From an uncultured Aliarcobacter sp. (GTDB taxonomy: Bacteria; Campylobacterota; Campylobacteria; Campylobacterales; Arcobacteraceae): a DNA stretch of 64,000 nt. Under the pieces are notes generated by a model that saw only the letters and a list, made by a program, of their open reading frames with translations, was not told the DNA's origin and ran no database searches. The stretch spans positions 896,001 to 960,000 of the forward strand of contig CAXXLV010000001.1 of the NCBI GenBank assembly GCA_963664305.2, in the 5' to 3' direction. A program made the translations under genes and the position numbers. How positions within the stretch are numbered: the stretch's first letter is position 1; every line of letters starts with the position of its first letter. Below are positions 43,485-54,118 of the stretch, in pieces.

Positions 43485-44672
43485 TTACCATTTCACTTCT
43501 AATTTTTTTCTAAGATAAATTGCAATTGCATTTAGTGAAATTAATATTGTTAATAACACCATAATTCCAGCTGCTGTTTTTTCTATATACATACCTTCTG
43601 GCATTCCAGCCCACGTAAATAATTGTGCTGGCATTACTGTTGCTGCTTGCGTTACCATACTTGGAGCATCAGGTATAAATGCAATCATTCCAATGATGAT
43701 TAAAGGAGCAGTTTCTCCCATCGCTTGTGCTAAACCAATAATTGAACCTGTTAAAACACCAGGAAATGCCAATGGTAAAACATGGTCTTTTGTAACTTGA
43801 ATTTTATTTAATCCTAGTCCATAACCAGCTTGTCTTATACTATCTGGAACGGCTCTTAGTGCTGCCCTTGAACTTACAATAATAATTGGTAAAGTCATAA
43901 GTGCAAGAGTTAAACCTCCAACAAGTGGTGAACTTCTAGGCATTCCAAAAAGATTAATAAAAATTGCTAGACCTAAAAGACCGAATAATATTGATGGAAT
44001 AGCTGCTAGGTTATTGATGTTTATTTCAATAAATCTTGTAAATTTATTATCACCTGCAAACTCTTCTAGGTAAATAGCTGTCATAACTCCAATTGGGAAT
44101 GCAACAAGCATAGTAATAATTAAAGTTAAAACAGAACCAATAATCGCTGAATAAAGTCCTGCATATTCTGGAATTTTTGAATCACCATTTGTGAAGAATA
44201 TTGCATTAAATCTTTTTTCAATTAGACCTTGTGCGTATAATTCATCAACAAGTATAATTTCTTTATCACTCAATTTATGATTATGACCTTTTAAATATTG
44301 GTCAACTTGGTCATCTGCTAATACCCATAAGTTTTGAGTTGTATTTTCATATTGAGGATTATTTTTTAATAAAGTTGGTAAATCTCTTAACCAAGCTCTT
44401 GAAATAATATCTCTATATTCTCTTTTTACTGCAAATCTTGAATCGTTTATTGATTTCTCATTAAAAACAACATCAGTTTTTATATAAGCAATTTTAAATG
44501 CAGGAACACCTTTTCCTACAATGTCAAAAAGAAAAAATGCTAAAAATGCAATTGAAAAGATTAAAGAAGTTAAAGTAAACTTTTTAAATCTTGCCGCACT
44601 TGTATGTCTCTTTTTTAATGATGGATCATAAAATGGATTGTGTTGTTTATTTTTATTTTTTCGTTTTATCAT
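43485..44672 (-). CDS. pstA: Phosphate ABC permease
   Basis: [17 protein letters not shown]. Confidence 0.95.
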   Translation of the reverse strand: MIKRKNKNKQHNPFYDPSLKKRHTSAARFKKFTLTSLIFSIAFLAFFLFDIVGKGVPAFKIAYIKTDVVFNEKSINDSRFAVKREYRDIISRAWLRDLPTLLKNNPQYENTTQNLWVLADDQVDQYLKGHNHKLSDKEIILVDELYAQGLIEKRFNAIFFTNGDSKIPEYAGLYSAIIGSVLTLIITMLVAFPIGVMTAIYLEEFAGDNKFTRFIEININNLAAIPSILFGLLGLAIFINLFGMPRSSPLVGGLTLALMTLPIIIVSSRAALRAVPDSIRQAGYGLGLNKIQVTKDHVLPLAFPGVLTGSIIGLAQAMGETAPLIIIGMIAFIPDAPSMVTQAATVMPAQLFTWAGMPEGMYIEKTAAGIMVLLTILISLNAIAIYLRKKLEVKW

Positions 44673-45598
44673 AATGTGTTCACTTTATATTTTTCTTTAA
44701 ATTTTCTTATTAGTGATAATGAAATCATATTTAATATTAGAGTTACTACAAATAGTACTAAACCTAAGGCAAAAGCTGAAAGTGTTTCAGGAGAGTTAAA
44801 TTCAAAATCTCCTACTAAAGCATTTACTATTGTAACTGTTACAGTTGTCATATCTTCAAGTGGATTCCATGAAAGATTTGGTCTTAAACCTGCAGCCATA
44901 ACAACAATCATTGTTTCTCCTAATGCTTTTGATAAAGCAAGTAAAGATGCAGAGATAATTCCTGGCATTGCTGATGGTAAAACAATATTTTTAATTGTCT
45001 CTCCATGTGTCATTCCAAGACCAAAAGCAGCTTTTCTTTGGCTATCTGGAACAGCTCGAATAACATCATCAGATAAAGATGAAATAACAGGAATAATCAT
45101 AATTCCCATTACAATTCCAGAAGCTAATGCACTATTAAATGTTGCTTCTAAACCAAAAAATTCAGCAATTTTTACAACTAAAGGAGCAACTGTAATTGCA
45201 GCAAAGAAACCATATACAACAGTTGGAATACCTGCAAGAACTTCAAGCATTGGTTTTAAATAATCTCTTAATTTAGGACTTGCATATTCGCTCATGTAAA
45301 TGGCACTTCCAAGACCAATTGGTATAGCAACACCAAGTGCAATAATTGTTATTACAAATGTTCCAGTAAATATTGGAAGAGCTCCAAATTGGCTTCCTAC
45401 AACACCTGGACTCCAAACTGTACCTGTGATAAAATACCAAAAGCTTCGAAGTTTAAAGAATTCAATTGCTTCGAAAAGAATTGAAAATAAAATACCAAAA
45501 GTAGTTAAAATTGATATTGCAGCAGCGCAAATAAGTCCAATTTTAATTAGTTTTTCATTAAATTCTCTTTGTTTTTTTCTTGATTCAAAAGTGCTCAA
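44669..45598 (-). CDS. pstC: Phosphate ABC permease
   Basis: LAGIPTVVYG, GETM; TTG start. Confidence 0.95.
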   Translation of the reverse strand: MSTFESRKKQREFNEKLIKIGLICAAAISILTTFGILFSILFEAIEFFKLRSFWYFITGTVWSPGVVGSQFGALPIFTGTFVITIIALGVAIPIGLGSAIYMSEYASPKLRDYLKPMLEVLAGIPTVVYGFFAAITVAPLVVKIAEFFGLEATFNSALASGIVMGIMIIPVISSLSDDVIRAVPDSQRKAAFGLGMTHGETIKNIVLPSAMPGIISASLLALSKALGETMIVVMAAGLRPNLSWNPLEDMTTVTVTIVNALVGDFEFNSPETLSAFALGLVLFVVTLILNMISLSLIRKFKEKYKVNTL

Positions 45599-45629
45599 TA
45601 CTTTTGCCTTTATATTAAATTTTGGTGAA

Positions 45630-45661
45630 ATTCTAAATGAAGTTGGTTACAGTATGGTTAC
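45630..45661 (-). promoter_or_regulatory. Putative Pho box and -10 for pstC
   Basis: GTAACC-ATACT-GTAACC-N9-TAGAAT. Confidence 0.75.
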
Positions 45662-47388
45662 AGAACACTAGATATAGGTTCTTTAGAACCTTTTGAAGCT
45701 TTTTTAAGAATATTTAATGTGTTATCAAAATTGGATATATTTGATTTGGAGTTAATCTCTATAATTGCAGAAGAAACAGATAATAAGTCAAATCTTCTTT
45801 CCATATTGAATCTATCTTTTGCAATAATGTATCCATTATCTTTATCTTTTTTTGTGTAGATATTTTTTGCACTATTTCTAAATTCTTCTTGAACTAAAGA
45901 AGTTAAACTATAAACTTCTTTATATTCATAATTTTTAAGTCCAACAAAAAAATCATCTCCACCAATATGAGCAATAAATGCATCTTTTGGATAACGTTTT
46001 TGTAATAATTCTGAGAAAATTAATATTGCTCTGTCACCTTGTCTAAACCCATAAATATCATTAAATGGTTTAAAATCATTAAAGTCAAAATATATTATGT
46101 GAGTAATTGTTTTTTGATTCTTTCTTAATGTTTTATCAATAAACTTTTCTATTTGATTATTACCTGGAAGTTTTGTAAGTGGATTTTGATTTGTTGCAAT
46201 TTCAATATTTCTTTTATATGATAATGTTAATAAAGAATTTAAATTTATAAAACCTTTATATTTCCCTGATTTAGTGATAAATATACCTAAAGAATTTTTT
46301 GAATTAAGATTAAAAGTTTCTAGTATTTTATCAATACCCCAAGATATTTCAACATTTAAAGCAGGTTTGATATATTTAACTAAAGTTGACGAAAAAGTTT
46401 TATTTTGTGCTAAAGACATACCGTATTGTGAATATGATATTTTTTTGATATCAGTTTCATAGATTATTCCTAAAAAGTTTTCAAATTCATCTATAATTGG
46501 TACAAAATTGTTTTTTGTATCTTCTTTAAAGTGAACAAATAGATCATACAACGTAGTATTAATACTTAAAGGAACAATTTCTTCAATAAATTCGTCATCA
46601 ATAAAAGTATTATTACTTATTCTTTTATCTTCATTTATAAGACTGATTATATTTAAATAATTGCTTGTAATATCTTTATGATTTTGAGTTGGTCTTTGAA
46701 CTAAATACCCTTGAATAAAATCTGCTCCAATGTCTTTACAAGTGTAAAACTCTTTTTCAGTTTCAATACCCTCTGCAACAACTAACATTCCCATTATATG
46801 AGCCATTTCGATAATTGATGAACAAAAAAGTTTTTTCTTTGAATCATGGTCGATGTTTGTTACAAAGAATCTATCAAGTTTTATGATTTTTGCTTCACTA
46901 AAATATAAAAGTTTTAAACCAGATACTCCAATACCAAAATCATCTATTGCAATAGAGTAACCACTATCTCTATATTTTTGAATCATAGTTGAAAGTGCAT
47001 TTTGCTCGATGGCAGTACCTTTTTCACTTAATTCAAAACATACTCTATCTTTATTTAAATTATATTTTTTTAGGATTTTTGCAGTGTTACCTTGTGAATA
47101 TTGTTTATTATAAATTATTCTATTATCAAGGTTATAAAATAATTTTAAATTATCAATATTAATTTGTGAAAATTTACTAATTGCTTTTTCTCTTAATTGT
47201 AAATCTAATTCATATAAATAATCATCATTAAATGCTAAATTAAATAAATCATCAATAGAGTTAAGTCCAGGAACAAGTTGTACATTTCTTAAAAGTGCCT
47301 CAACGGCATAAATCTTACCACTATGTGAATAGATGATAGGCTGAAAAGCATAATCAAGTTTATTTATAATTTCAGTCCAATTTGGCAT
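45658..47388 (-). CDS. EAL-(CBS-like)-GGDEF c-di-GMP turnover protein
   Basis: EALLR, DDFG, KLDR, AEGIE, QGY; NPLTKLPGN, FKPFND, GGDDF. Confidence 0.92.
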   Translation of the reverse strand: MPNWTEIINKLDYAFQPIIYSHSGKIYAVEALLRNVQLVPGLNSIDDLFNLAFNDDYLYELDLQLREKAISKFSQINIDNLKLFYNLDNRIIYNKQYSQGNTAKILKKYNLNKDRVCFELSEKGTAIEQNALSTMIQKYRDSGYSIAIDDFGIGVSGLKLLYFSEAKIIKLDRFFVTNIDHDSKKKLFCSSIIEMAHIMGMLVVAEGIETEKEFYTCKDIGADFIQGYLVQRPTQNHKDITSNYLNIISLINEDKRISNNTFIDDEFIEEIVPLSINTTLYDLFVHFKEDTKNNFVPIIDEFENFLGIIYETDIKKISYSQYGMSLAQNKTFSSTLVKYIKPALNVEISWGIDKILETFNLNSKNSLGIFITKSGKYKGFINLNSLLTLSYKRNIEIATNQNPLTKLPGNNQIEKFIDKTLRKNQKTITHIIYFDFNDFKPFNDIYGFRQGDRAILIFSELLQKRYPKDAFIAHIGGDDFFVGLKNYEYKEVYSLTSLVQEEFRNSAKNIYTKKDKDNGYIIAKDRFNMERRFDLLSVSSAIIEINSKSNISNFDNTLNILKKASKGSKEPISSVL

Positions 47389-47404
47389 AGTTATCCTAAG
47401 TAAA

Positions 47405-47466
47405 ATTTCATTACAAAGTTTTTACCTCTTTGTTCGCGTTAACAGGTAAAAACTTTATAATGAAAT
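47405..47466 (-). other. Long stem-loop upstream of the EAL-GGDEF gene
   Basis: 23-bp inverted repeat with one U-G pair on the minus strand and a 16-nt loop. Confidence 0.8.
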
Positions 47467-47484
47467 CTGTGAATTTAAAAAAGA

Positions 47485-47511
47485 TAAGAAGGAAGATTTA
47501 CTTCCTTCTTA
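47485..47511 (-). terminator. pstS intrinsic terminator
   Basis: TAAGAAGGAAG-N5-CTTCCTTCTTA followed by TCTTTTTT on the minus strand. Confidence 0.8.
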
Positions 47512-47515
47512 AAAA

Positions 47516-48571
47516 TTAATGTTTTAAAGACTCTAAAGTTACTTTTTCGTTGTTCATAACTTTAGTTCTAGCTGCTGCTCTTACATCTTCAGTTAATGTT
47601 ACAAGTCCAAGTTCAGTTAAAATACCATCAGTACCAATCATTTTTTCAGACATAAATAAGTTTGTATACTCTTTTAATGCTGGAACTTCACTTGCGTGTT
47701 GGTTTTTGATATAGAAATACATAGATCTTGCAATTGGGTATTTACCAGATGAAATTGTTTCAACAGTTGGCATAGTATTTTCGATACTTAATCCAACAAC
47801 TTTATCTTTGTTTTCTTCTAAAAATGAATATCCAAAGATACCAATAGCTGCTTCATTTTTAGTTAATTTTTGAACGATTAAGTTGTCGTTTTCACCAGAC
47901 TCTACATAAACACCATCTGTTCTGATTATAGAGTATGCTTTATATTTTTTGTTTGCAGTTTCATCAGCTTTGAATAAATCTGTATAAACAGCCATTTTTT
48001 CAAATACATGTTGCATTACTAATTCTTCAAATGAATCTCTTGTTCCAGAAGATTTTGGTGGTCCATAAACGATAATTTCTCTATTTGGTAAAGATGCATC
48101 AATATCTGACCATTTTTTATAAGGATTTTTAATTAATGATTTTCCATCTTTTGAAGGAACTTCTTCAGCAACAGCTAAAGCTAATTGTTCTTTAGTTACG
48201 TTGAAACCTTTAACTTTTGCAGATTGTGCAATAGCAATACCGTCAAATCCAATTAATGCTTCAGTGATATCAGTTACACCATTTTCTTCACACATTTTGA
48301 ATTCTTTATCTTTCATTCTTCTTGAAGCATTAGTGATATCTGGAGTATTTAAATCAACACCAGCACAAAATAATTTCATACCTCCACCAGTACCAGTTGA
48401 TTCAACAACAGGAGTAGGGAATTTTGTAGTTGCACCAAATTCTTCAGCTACTGATGATGAGAAAGGATATACAGTAGAAGAACCAACAATTTTAATTTGA
48501 TCTCTTGCACTTAAAGTAGTTGCTAATAAAGCACTTGCAATTAAAGCCATAGATGTTTTTTTGAAAGTCAT
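47516..48571 (-). CDS. pstS: Phosphate ABC substrate-binding protein
   Basis: GSSTVYP, GTGGG, ASR, SGTRD.F, YPIAR; signal peptide. Confidence 0.95.
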   Translation of the reverse strand: MTFKKTSMALIASALLATTLSARDQIKIVGSSTVYPFSSSVAEEFGATTKFPTPVVESTGTGGGMKLFCAGVDLNTPDITNASRRMKDKEFKMCEENGVTDITEALIGFDGIAIAQSAKVKGFNVTKEQLALAVAEEVPSKDGKSLIKNPYKKWSDIDASLPNREIIVYGPPKSSGTRDSFEELVMQHVFEKMAVYTDLFKADETANKKYKAYSIIRTDGVYVESGENDNLIVQKLTKNEAAIGIFGYSFLEENKDKVVGLSIENTMPTVETISSGKYPIARSMYFYIKNQHASEVPALKEYTNLFMSEKMIGTDGILTELGLVTLTEDVRAAARTKVMNNEKVTLESLKH

Positions 48572-48602
48572 TTTTATCTCCGATAATTTTTTTTACCGTG
48601 AA

Positions 48603-48634
48603 AGTTTAATGATTGTTGGTTACATTTCGGTTAC
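48603..48634 (-). promoter_or_regulatory. Putative Pho box and -10 for pstS
   Basis: GTAACC-GAAAT-GTAACC-N9-TAAACT. Confidence 0.75.
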
Positions 48635-48646
48635 TATAAAGAATAG

Positions 48647-48835
48647 TTAGTTTAGATGTTTAATAAATTTTTCTTCAAATTCTTGGTAAGTTCTTACGAA
48701 AAGTTCTTCGTCATCTTCAGGTTTATAAATAACTGCTTTTACCCAAATGTCATTTTCTTGTATCTTGCAGAAATTTAAAGGAATATAAGATTTTTTATTT
48801 TTGTAGTGAATATAAGTTGTATTTAGTTCTATCAT
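48647..48835 (-). CDS. Small DUF1653-like protein
   Basis: YIHYK..., VIYK...LFVR...EF..KF pattern. Confidence 0.7.
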   Translation of the reverse strand: MIELNTTYIHYKNKKSYIPLNFCKIQENDIWVKAVIYKPEDDEELFVRTYQEFEEKFIKHLN

Positions 48836-48855
48836 GTAAAAAAAAAGCTAATGGA

Positions 48856-49923
48856 TTATAATCCATTAGCCTCGATAAGTTTAGATTGATGATCAGCAAT
48901 AAGAGGATCAATTACTTCATCAAATAAACCATCATTCATGATGTAATCAAGTCGATAAAGAGTTAAGTTTATTCTATGATCACTGATTCTGTTTTGTGGA
49001 TAATTATAAGTTCTGATTCTTCCACTTCTATCACCAGTTCCTACTTGCTCTTTTCTTGTAGCACCTTCTGCTTCCATTTTCTTTTGCATCTCAATTTCAT
49101 AAAGTTTTGCTTTTAAAACTTTCATAGCTCTATCTTTATTTTTGTGTTGAGATTTTTGGTCTTGATTAGTTACTACAATTCCAGATGGAATATGAGTGAT
49201 TCTAACAGCCGAGTCTGTAGTATTTACAGATTGACCACCATTTCCACTGGCTCTCATAACATCAATTTTTAAATCATTAGGATCAATTTCAACTTCAACA
49301 TCATCAACTTCAGGCATAACTGCAACTGTAATTGCTGATGTGTGAACTCTTCCTTGTGATTCAGTTGCAGGAACTCTTTGAACTCTATGTGTACCACCTT
49401 CAAATTTTAATTTTGAATAAACATGGTCACCTTTTACTAGAATTACAATTTCCTTGTATCCACCTGATTCACTCTCACTTGAGCTCATTATTTCAACTTT
49501 CCAACCATTGTTTTCTGCATATCTTAAATAACCTCTAAACAGGTCACCAACAAATATTGCAGCTTCATCCCCACCTGTACCAGCTCTTAATTCCAAATAG
49601 ATATTTTTATCATCATTTGGATCTTTTGGAATCATTAAAAACTTAATCTCATCTTCAAGAATAGGTTTTCTTTGCTCCAATTCTTTAAGTTCTTCTTTTG
49701 CTAAATCTCCAAGTTCTGGATCATCTAACATAAGTTTATTTTCGTCAATATCGTCAAGAACTTTTATATATTCTTTAGCTTTATTAACTATAGGTTGGAT
49801 GCTTGACTGTTCTTTTGAAAGTTCAGTCATTCTTTTTATATCATTTGTAATATCAGGAGCCATCAATAAATTATTGATCTCTTCATGTCTATTAATAAAT
49901 GGTTGTAGTTTGTCTTTTAACAT
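48856..49923 (-). CDS. prfA: Peptide chain release factor 1
   Basis: PAT tripeptide, [12 protein letters not shown]. Confidence 0.98.
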   Translation of the reverse strand: MLKDKLQPFINRHEEINNLLMAPDITNDIKRMTELSKEQSSIQPIVNKAKEYIKVLDDIDENKLMLDDPELGDLAKEELKELEQRKPILEDEIKFLMIPKDPNDDKNIYLELRAGTGGDEAAIFVGDLFRGYLRYAENNGWKVEIMSSSESESGGYKEIVILVKGDHVYSKLKFEGGTHRVQRVPATESQGRVHTSAITVAVMPEVDDVEVEIDPNDLKIDVMRASGNGGQSVNTTDSAVRITHIPSGIVVTNQDQKSQHKNKDRAMKVLKAKLYEIEMQKKMEAEGATRKEQVGTGDRSGRIRTYNYPQNRISDHRINLTLYRLDYIMNDGLFDEVIDPLIADHQSKLIEANGL

Positions 49924-49941
49924 ATATTTCTTTTAATAAAA

Positions 49942-50202
49942 TTATATAGCGTTAACTTTTACTTGTAATCTACTTACTCTTCTAGCAGCAGTACCTTTTT
50001 TTAGAATACCTTTAGAAACGCAGTGGTGTAAGTATTTGTTAGCTGATTTCATTGCTTCAACTGCTTTTTCTTTATCAGCAGTTTCAATTGCAGATAATAC
50101 ATTTTTTGTTACATTTTTGATTCTTGTTTTATAGAATCTGTTTCTTTCAGTTTTGATTTTCGTTTGTCTAGCTCTTTTTTCGCAAGATTTGTGATTTGCC
50201 AT
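49942..50202 (-). CDS. rpsT: 30S ribosomal protein S20
   Basis: MANHKS.EKRARQ, KG...TAAR..SRL. Confidence 0.98.
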   Translation of the reverse strand: MANHKSCEKRARQTKIKTERNRFYKTRIKNVTKNVLSAIETADKEKAVEAMKSANKYLHHCVSKGILKKGTAARRVSRLQVKVNAI

Positions 50203-50285
50203 TTTTTTTAACCTCTTTGTAAAAATTTTAAGGGTAGAATATTACCCAAAGTAACTTAAAAAAAGTTTAATTTTAGGAAGGTTTA

Positions 50286-51620
50286 ATGAAACTATTCGGA
50301 ACTGACGGTGTTAGAGGGAAAGCTGGCGATTTTCTAGATGCAATTACTGTATTAAAGTTAGCAAAGGCTGCAGGTATCTATTTTAGAAAACATTCTACAA
50401 CAAAAAAAATATTAGTTGGAAAAGATACACGTAGAAGTGGTTATATGATAGAAAATGCACTTGTAAGTGGATTAACAGCAGTTGGCTACGATGTAATTCA
50501 AATTGGACCAATGCCAACACCTGCAATTGCTTATTTAACGGAAAGTATGAGATGTGATGCTGGAATTATGATAAGTGCTTCACATAATCCTTTTGAAGAT
50601 AATGGTATTAAATTCTTTGATAATCATGGTGATAAATTAAGTGTTGCTGCTGAAGAAGAGATTGAAAAAATATTTAGTGATGTTGAATTAATGACAAATG
50701 AGCAAGTAACTGGTAAAGAAATCGGTTCATCAAAAAGAATTGATGATGTTATTGGAAGATATATCGTTTCAATTAAAAGTTCTTTTCCTAAAGATTTAAC
50801 TCTTAGAGGTCTTAGAATTGTTCTTGATTGTGCAAACGGAGCAGCATACAAAGTAGGGCCTACGATTTTAGAAGAGTTAGGTGCTGATGTAATAACAATT
50901 AATAATAAACCAAATGGATTTAATATTAATGACAATTGTGGAGCAATGCATCCTGAAACAGTGGCAAAATTAGTAAAAGAATATAGAGCTGATATTGGAT
51001 TAGCTTTAGATGGTGATGCTGATAGATTGGTTGTTGTTGATGAAAATGGTGAAATTGTTGATGGAGATAAATTAATAGGTGCACTTTGTGCTTATTTAAA
51101 AAACGAAAATCTTTTAGAAGGTAATGGTTGTGTTGCAACAGTAATGTCAAATAAAGCTTTAGAAGATTATTTAAACAGTCATAAAATAAAACTATTTAGA
51201 TCTAATGTTGGAGATAAATATGTTTTAGAAGTAATGAAAGAAAAAAATATAAACTTTGGTGGTGAACAAAGTGGACATATTATTTTTTCTGATGTAGCAA
51301 AAACAGGAGATGGATTAGCATCTGCTTTACAAGTTTTAGCATTGATTATTAAATCTGGAAAAAAAGCAAGTGAAGTTTTAAATCCATTTGAATTGTATCC
51401 TCAAATTTTACATAATATGAAAGTTAGTGAAAAAATACCATTAAATGAAATTAAAGGTTTAGACGAACTTTTAAAACCTTTAAGAGACAAAGGTTTAAGA
51501 GATTTGATTAGATATTCAGGAACTGAGAATAAAATAAGACTTCTTTTAGAAGGTAAAAATAAAAAAGATGTTGAAGATGGAATGCAAACTTTAATATCAT
51601 TTTTTAAAAAAGCATTATGA
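50286..51620 (+). CDS. glmM: Phosphoglucosamine mutase
   Basis: FGTDG.RG, SASHNP, DGDADR, GEQSGH, RYSGTE. Confidence 0.97.
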   Translation: MKLFGTDGVRGKAGDFLDAITVLKLAKAAGIYFRKHSTTKKILVGKDTRRSGYMIENALVSGLTAVGYDVIQIGPMPTPAIAYLTESMRCDAGIMISASHNPFEDNGIKFFDNHGDKLSVAAEEEIEKIFSDVELMTNEQVTGKEIGSSKRIDDVIGRYIVSIKSSFPKDLTLRGLRIVLDCANGAAYKVGPTILEELGADVITINNKPNGFNINDNCGAMHPETVAKLVKEYRADIGLALDGDADRLVVVDENGEIVDGDKLIGALCAYLKNENLLEGNGCVATVMSNKALEDYLNSHKIKLFRSNVGDKYVLEVMKEKNINFGGEQSGHIIFSDVAKTGDGLASALQVLALIIKSGKKASEVLNPFELYPQILHNMKVSEKIPLNEIKGLDELLKPLRDKGLRDLIRYSGTENKIRLLLEGKNKKDVEDGMQTLISFFKKAL

Positions 51621-52084
51621 AAAAAGAGTTAAAAATTGCAGCAACTATATTTGTAGTTGTATTTATTATAGACCAAGTTGTTAAATATGGTTTTGCAAAT
51701 TTAGGTTGGGATGTTGATGGTCCTTATATGTCTTTAAAATTGGCATATAACTATGGAGTGGCATTTTCAATGTTCTCTTTTTTAGAGCATTATTTGAAAT
51801 ATATTCAATTATCAATAGTTTTAATAGCTATGATTTATTTATTTATGAATAAAGATATTTTTAAAGAGTATTATGTGCCAATAGCATTACTTTTTGCTGG
51901 TGGGCTATCAAATATACTTGATAGATTTACTTATGGTGGAGTAGTTGATTATTTTTATTGGCATCATTGGTTTGAATTTGCAATTTTTAACTTTGCAGAT
52001 GTTATTATAGATTTAGGTGTAGTTATAATAATTTACAAGCAAATTAAACAATCAAGAGAAGAAAAGAAGAAAAACGAGATTTAA
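51617..52084 (+). CDS. lspA: Lipoprotein signal peptidase II
   Basis: DQ..K, NYGVAF, NILDR, VVD, FNFAD. Confidence 0.96.
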   Translation: MKKELKIAATIFVVVFIIDQVVKYGFANLGWDVDGPYMSLKLAYNYGVAFSMFSFLEHYLKYIQLSIVLIAMIYLFMNKDIFKEYYVPIALLFAGGLSNILDRFTYGGVVDYFYWHHWFEFAIFNFADVIIDLGVVIIIYKQIKQSREEKKKNEI

Positions 52085-52154
52085 TACTAGATTTGTAGCT
52101 TAAAATAAATTTAGATATAATCCAACAAATTTTAGAAAATGACAGGAATATTTT

Positions 52155-53435
52155 ATGGGTCAAACGATAACAGAAAAAATTTTTAGTGAACATGTAGGTA
52201 AAGAAGTTTATGCAGGTGAAATCGTAAGAAGTCCAATTGATATGGTAATTGGAAATGATATTACAACTCCTATTTCAATTAGAGCTTTTGAAGATGGTGG
52301 TTTTGAAAAACTTGCTAATCCAGATGGTTTTGCAATTGTTTTAGACCACTTTATCCCAGCAAAAGATATAGCTTCAGCTAACCAAGCAAAAATCTCAAGA
52401 GATTTTGCAATGAAACACAATTTAAAAAATTTCTTTGATGAAAAAGATATGGGAATTGAGCATGCATTATTACCAGAAAAAGGTTTAGTAATCCCTGGTG
52501 ATGTTATTATTGGAGCAGATTCACATACATGTACTCATGGTGCATTAGGTGCTTTCTCAACAGGTATGGGAAGTACAGATATCTCTTTTGGAATGATTAC
52601 AGGTGGTAACTGGTTTAAAGTTCCAGAATCAATCAAAGTAGTATTCAAAGGTAAACCAGCACCATTTGTTACAGGAAAAGATTTAATTTTAGAAATTATT
52701 AGAATTTTAGGTGTTGATGGAGCCTTATACAAAGCTTTAGAATTTACTGGTGATACAATTCAATATTTATCAATGGATGATAGATTCTCTTTATGTAACA
52801 TGGCTATTGAGGCAGGTGCGAAAAATGGTATTGTTGCATATGATGAAATTACAAAAGAATTCTTAGATAAAGTAAGTGCTGCAAATGGTGGATTAAGAGC
52901 TGAACCAAAAATTCACTATTCTGATGATGATGCAAACTATTGTCAAGTTATTGAAATAGATGTAGCAAAATTAGAACCAGTTATTGCATATCCTTTCTTA
53001 CCATCAAATGGTCACTCAGTTTCTCAAGCAGTTAGTGATAATATTAGAGTTGATCAAGTATTTATAGGATCATGTACAAATGGAAGATTAAGTGACTTTA
53101 AAATGGCTGCAGAAATTTTAGCAGGTAAAAAAGTAGCACGTCACGTAAGACTTATTTTAACTCCAGGAACGCAAAAAATTCTTAGAGAAGCAACAAAACT
53201 AGGTTACATTGACACTTTAGTTGATGCAGGTGCAGTTGTTTCAAATCCTACATGTGGTGCATGTTTAGGTGGTTATATGGGAATTTTAGGAGATGGAGAA
53301 GTTTGTATTTCTACAACTAATAGAAACTTTGTTGGAAGAATGGGAAGTAGAAGTTCAAAAATCTATTTAGCAAATAGTGCAGTTGCAGCAGCATCTGCAA
53401 TCTCAGGATATATTACAGACCCAAGAAGTTTATAA
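52155..53435 (+). CDS. leuC: 3-isopropylmalate dehydratase large subunit (short type 2 / HacA-like)
   Basis: DSHTCT.GA, GSCTNGR, CGACLG, TNRNF.GRMG. Confidence 0.9.
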   Translation: MGQTITEKIFSEHVGKEVYAGEIVRSPIDMVIGNDITTPISIRAFEDGGFEKLANPDGFAIVLDHFIPAKDIASANQAKISRDFAMKHNLKNFFDEKDMGIEHALLPEKGLVIPGDVIIGADSHTCTHGALGAFSTGMGSTDISFGMITGGNWFKVPESIKVVFKGKPAPFVTGKDLILEIIRILGVDGALYKALEFTGDTIQYLSMDDRFSLCNMAIEAGAKNGIVAYDEITKEFLDKVSAANGGLRAEPKIHYSDDDANYCQVIEIDVAKLEPVIAYPFLPSNGHSVSQAVSDNIRVDQVFIGSCTNGRLSDFKMAAEILAGKKVARHVRLILTPGTQKILREATKLGYIDTLVDAGAVVSNPTCGACLGGYMGILGDGEVCISTTNRNFVGRMGSRSSKIYLANSAVAAASAISGYITDPRSL

Positions 53436-54037
53436 TGAATATACTTCCATTTGAAATACCTTGTGTAATTTTAAGTGGAGGTAAAAGCTCGCGAATGGGA
53501 GAAGATAAATCTCTTCTTCCTTTTCTCAATAATGATTCAATAATAAAATATCAATACCAAAGATTAAAACCCTATTTTAGAGATATTTATATCTCTTCTA
53601 AAACAAATAAATTTGATTTTATAGATGAAAAAAGTCTTATTTTAGATGAAAATAAAGATATCTATTCTCCAATACTAGCATTAGATACAATTTTAAGAAA
53701 ATTGAAAAAACAAAAAGTTTTTATAATAACAGTTGATACTCCATTTGTAACAATTGAATCAATAAAAAAACTTATTGATGAAGCAACAGATGTTGATATA
53801 TGTATTGCTCAAACTGAAAAAATACATAATCTATGTGGAGTGTTTTCGTCAAATATAAGTTTAACTATTAAAAAAATGATAGAAAATGATATACACAAAA
53901 TTTTTTATTTGATAAAAAATAATAAACATAAAATAATAAACTTTTCAAATGATGATGAATTTATGAATATTAATAATAAAAATGAATATGACAAAGCAAT
54001 AGAATATATAAGTAATAATTATAATCCATATAAATGA
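53435..54037 (+). CDS. mobA: Molybdenum cofactor guanylyltransferase
   Basis: LSGGKSSRMGEDK, VDTPF, FMNIN. Confidence 0.9.
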   Translation: MNILPFEIPCVILSGGKSSRMGEDKSLLPFLNNDSIIKYQYQRLKPYFRDIYISSKTNKFDFIDEKSLILDENKDIYSPILALDTILRKLKKQKVFIITVDTPFVTIESIKKLIDEATDVDICIAQTEKIHNLCGVFSSNISLTIKKMIENDIHKIFYLIKNNKHKIINFSNDDEFMNINNKNEYDKAIEYISNNYNPYK

Positions 54038-54118
54038 AAAAAGTGAATTTATAAGTATATTATTATATCTTTTTAGTTATCCTAGTACTATATTTTTTTA
54101 TACAAGAAGGAAACTAAA

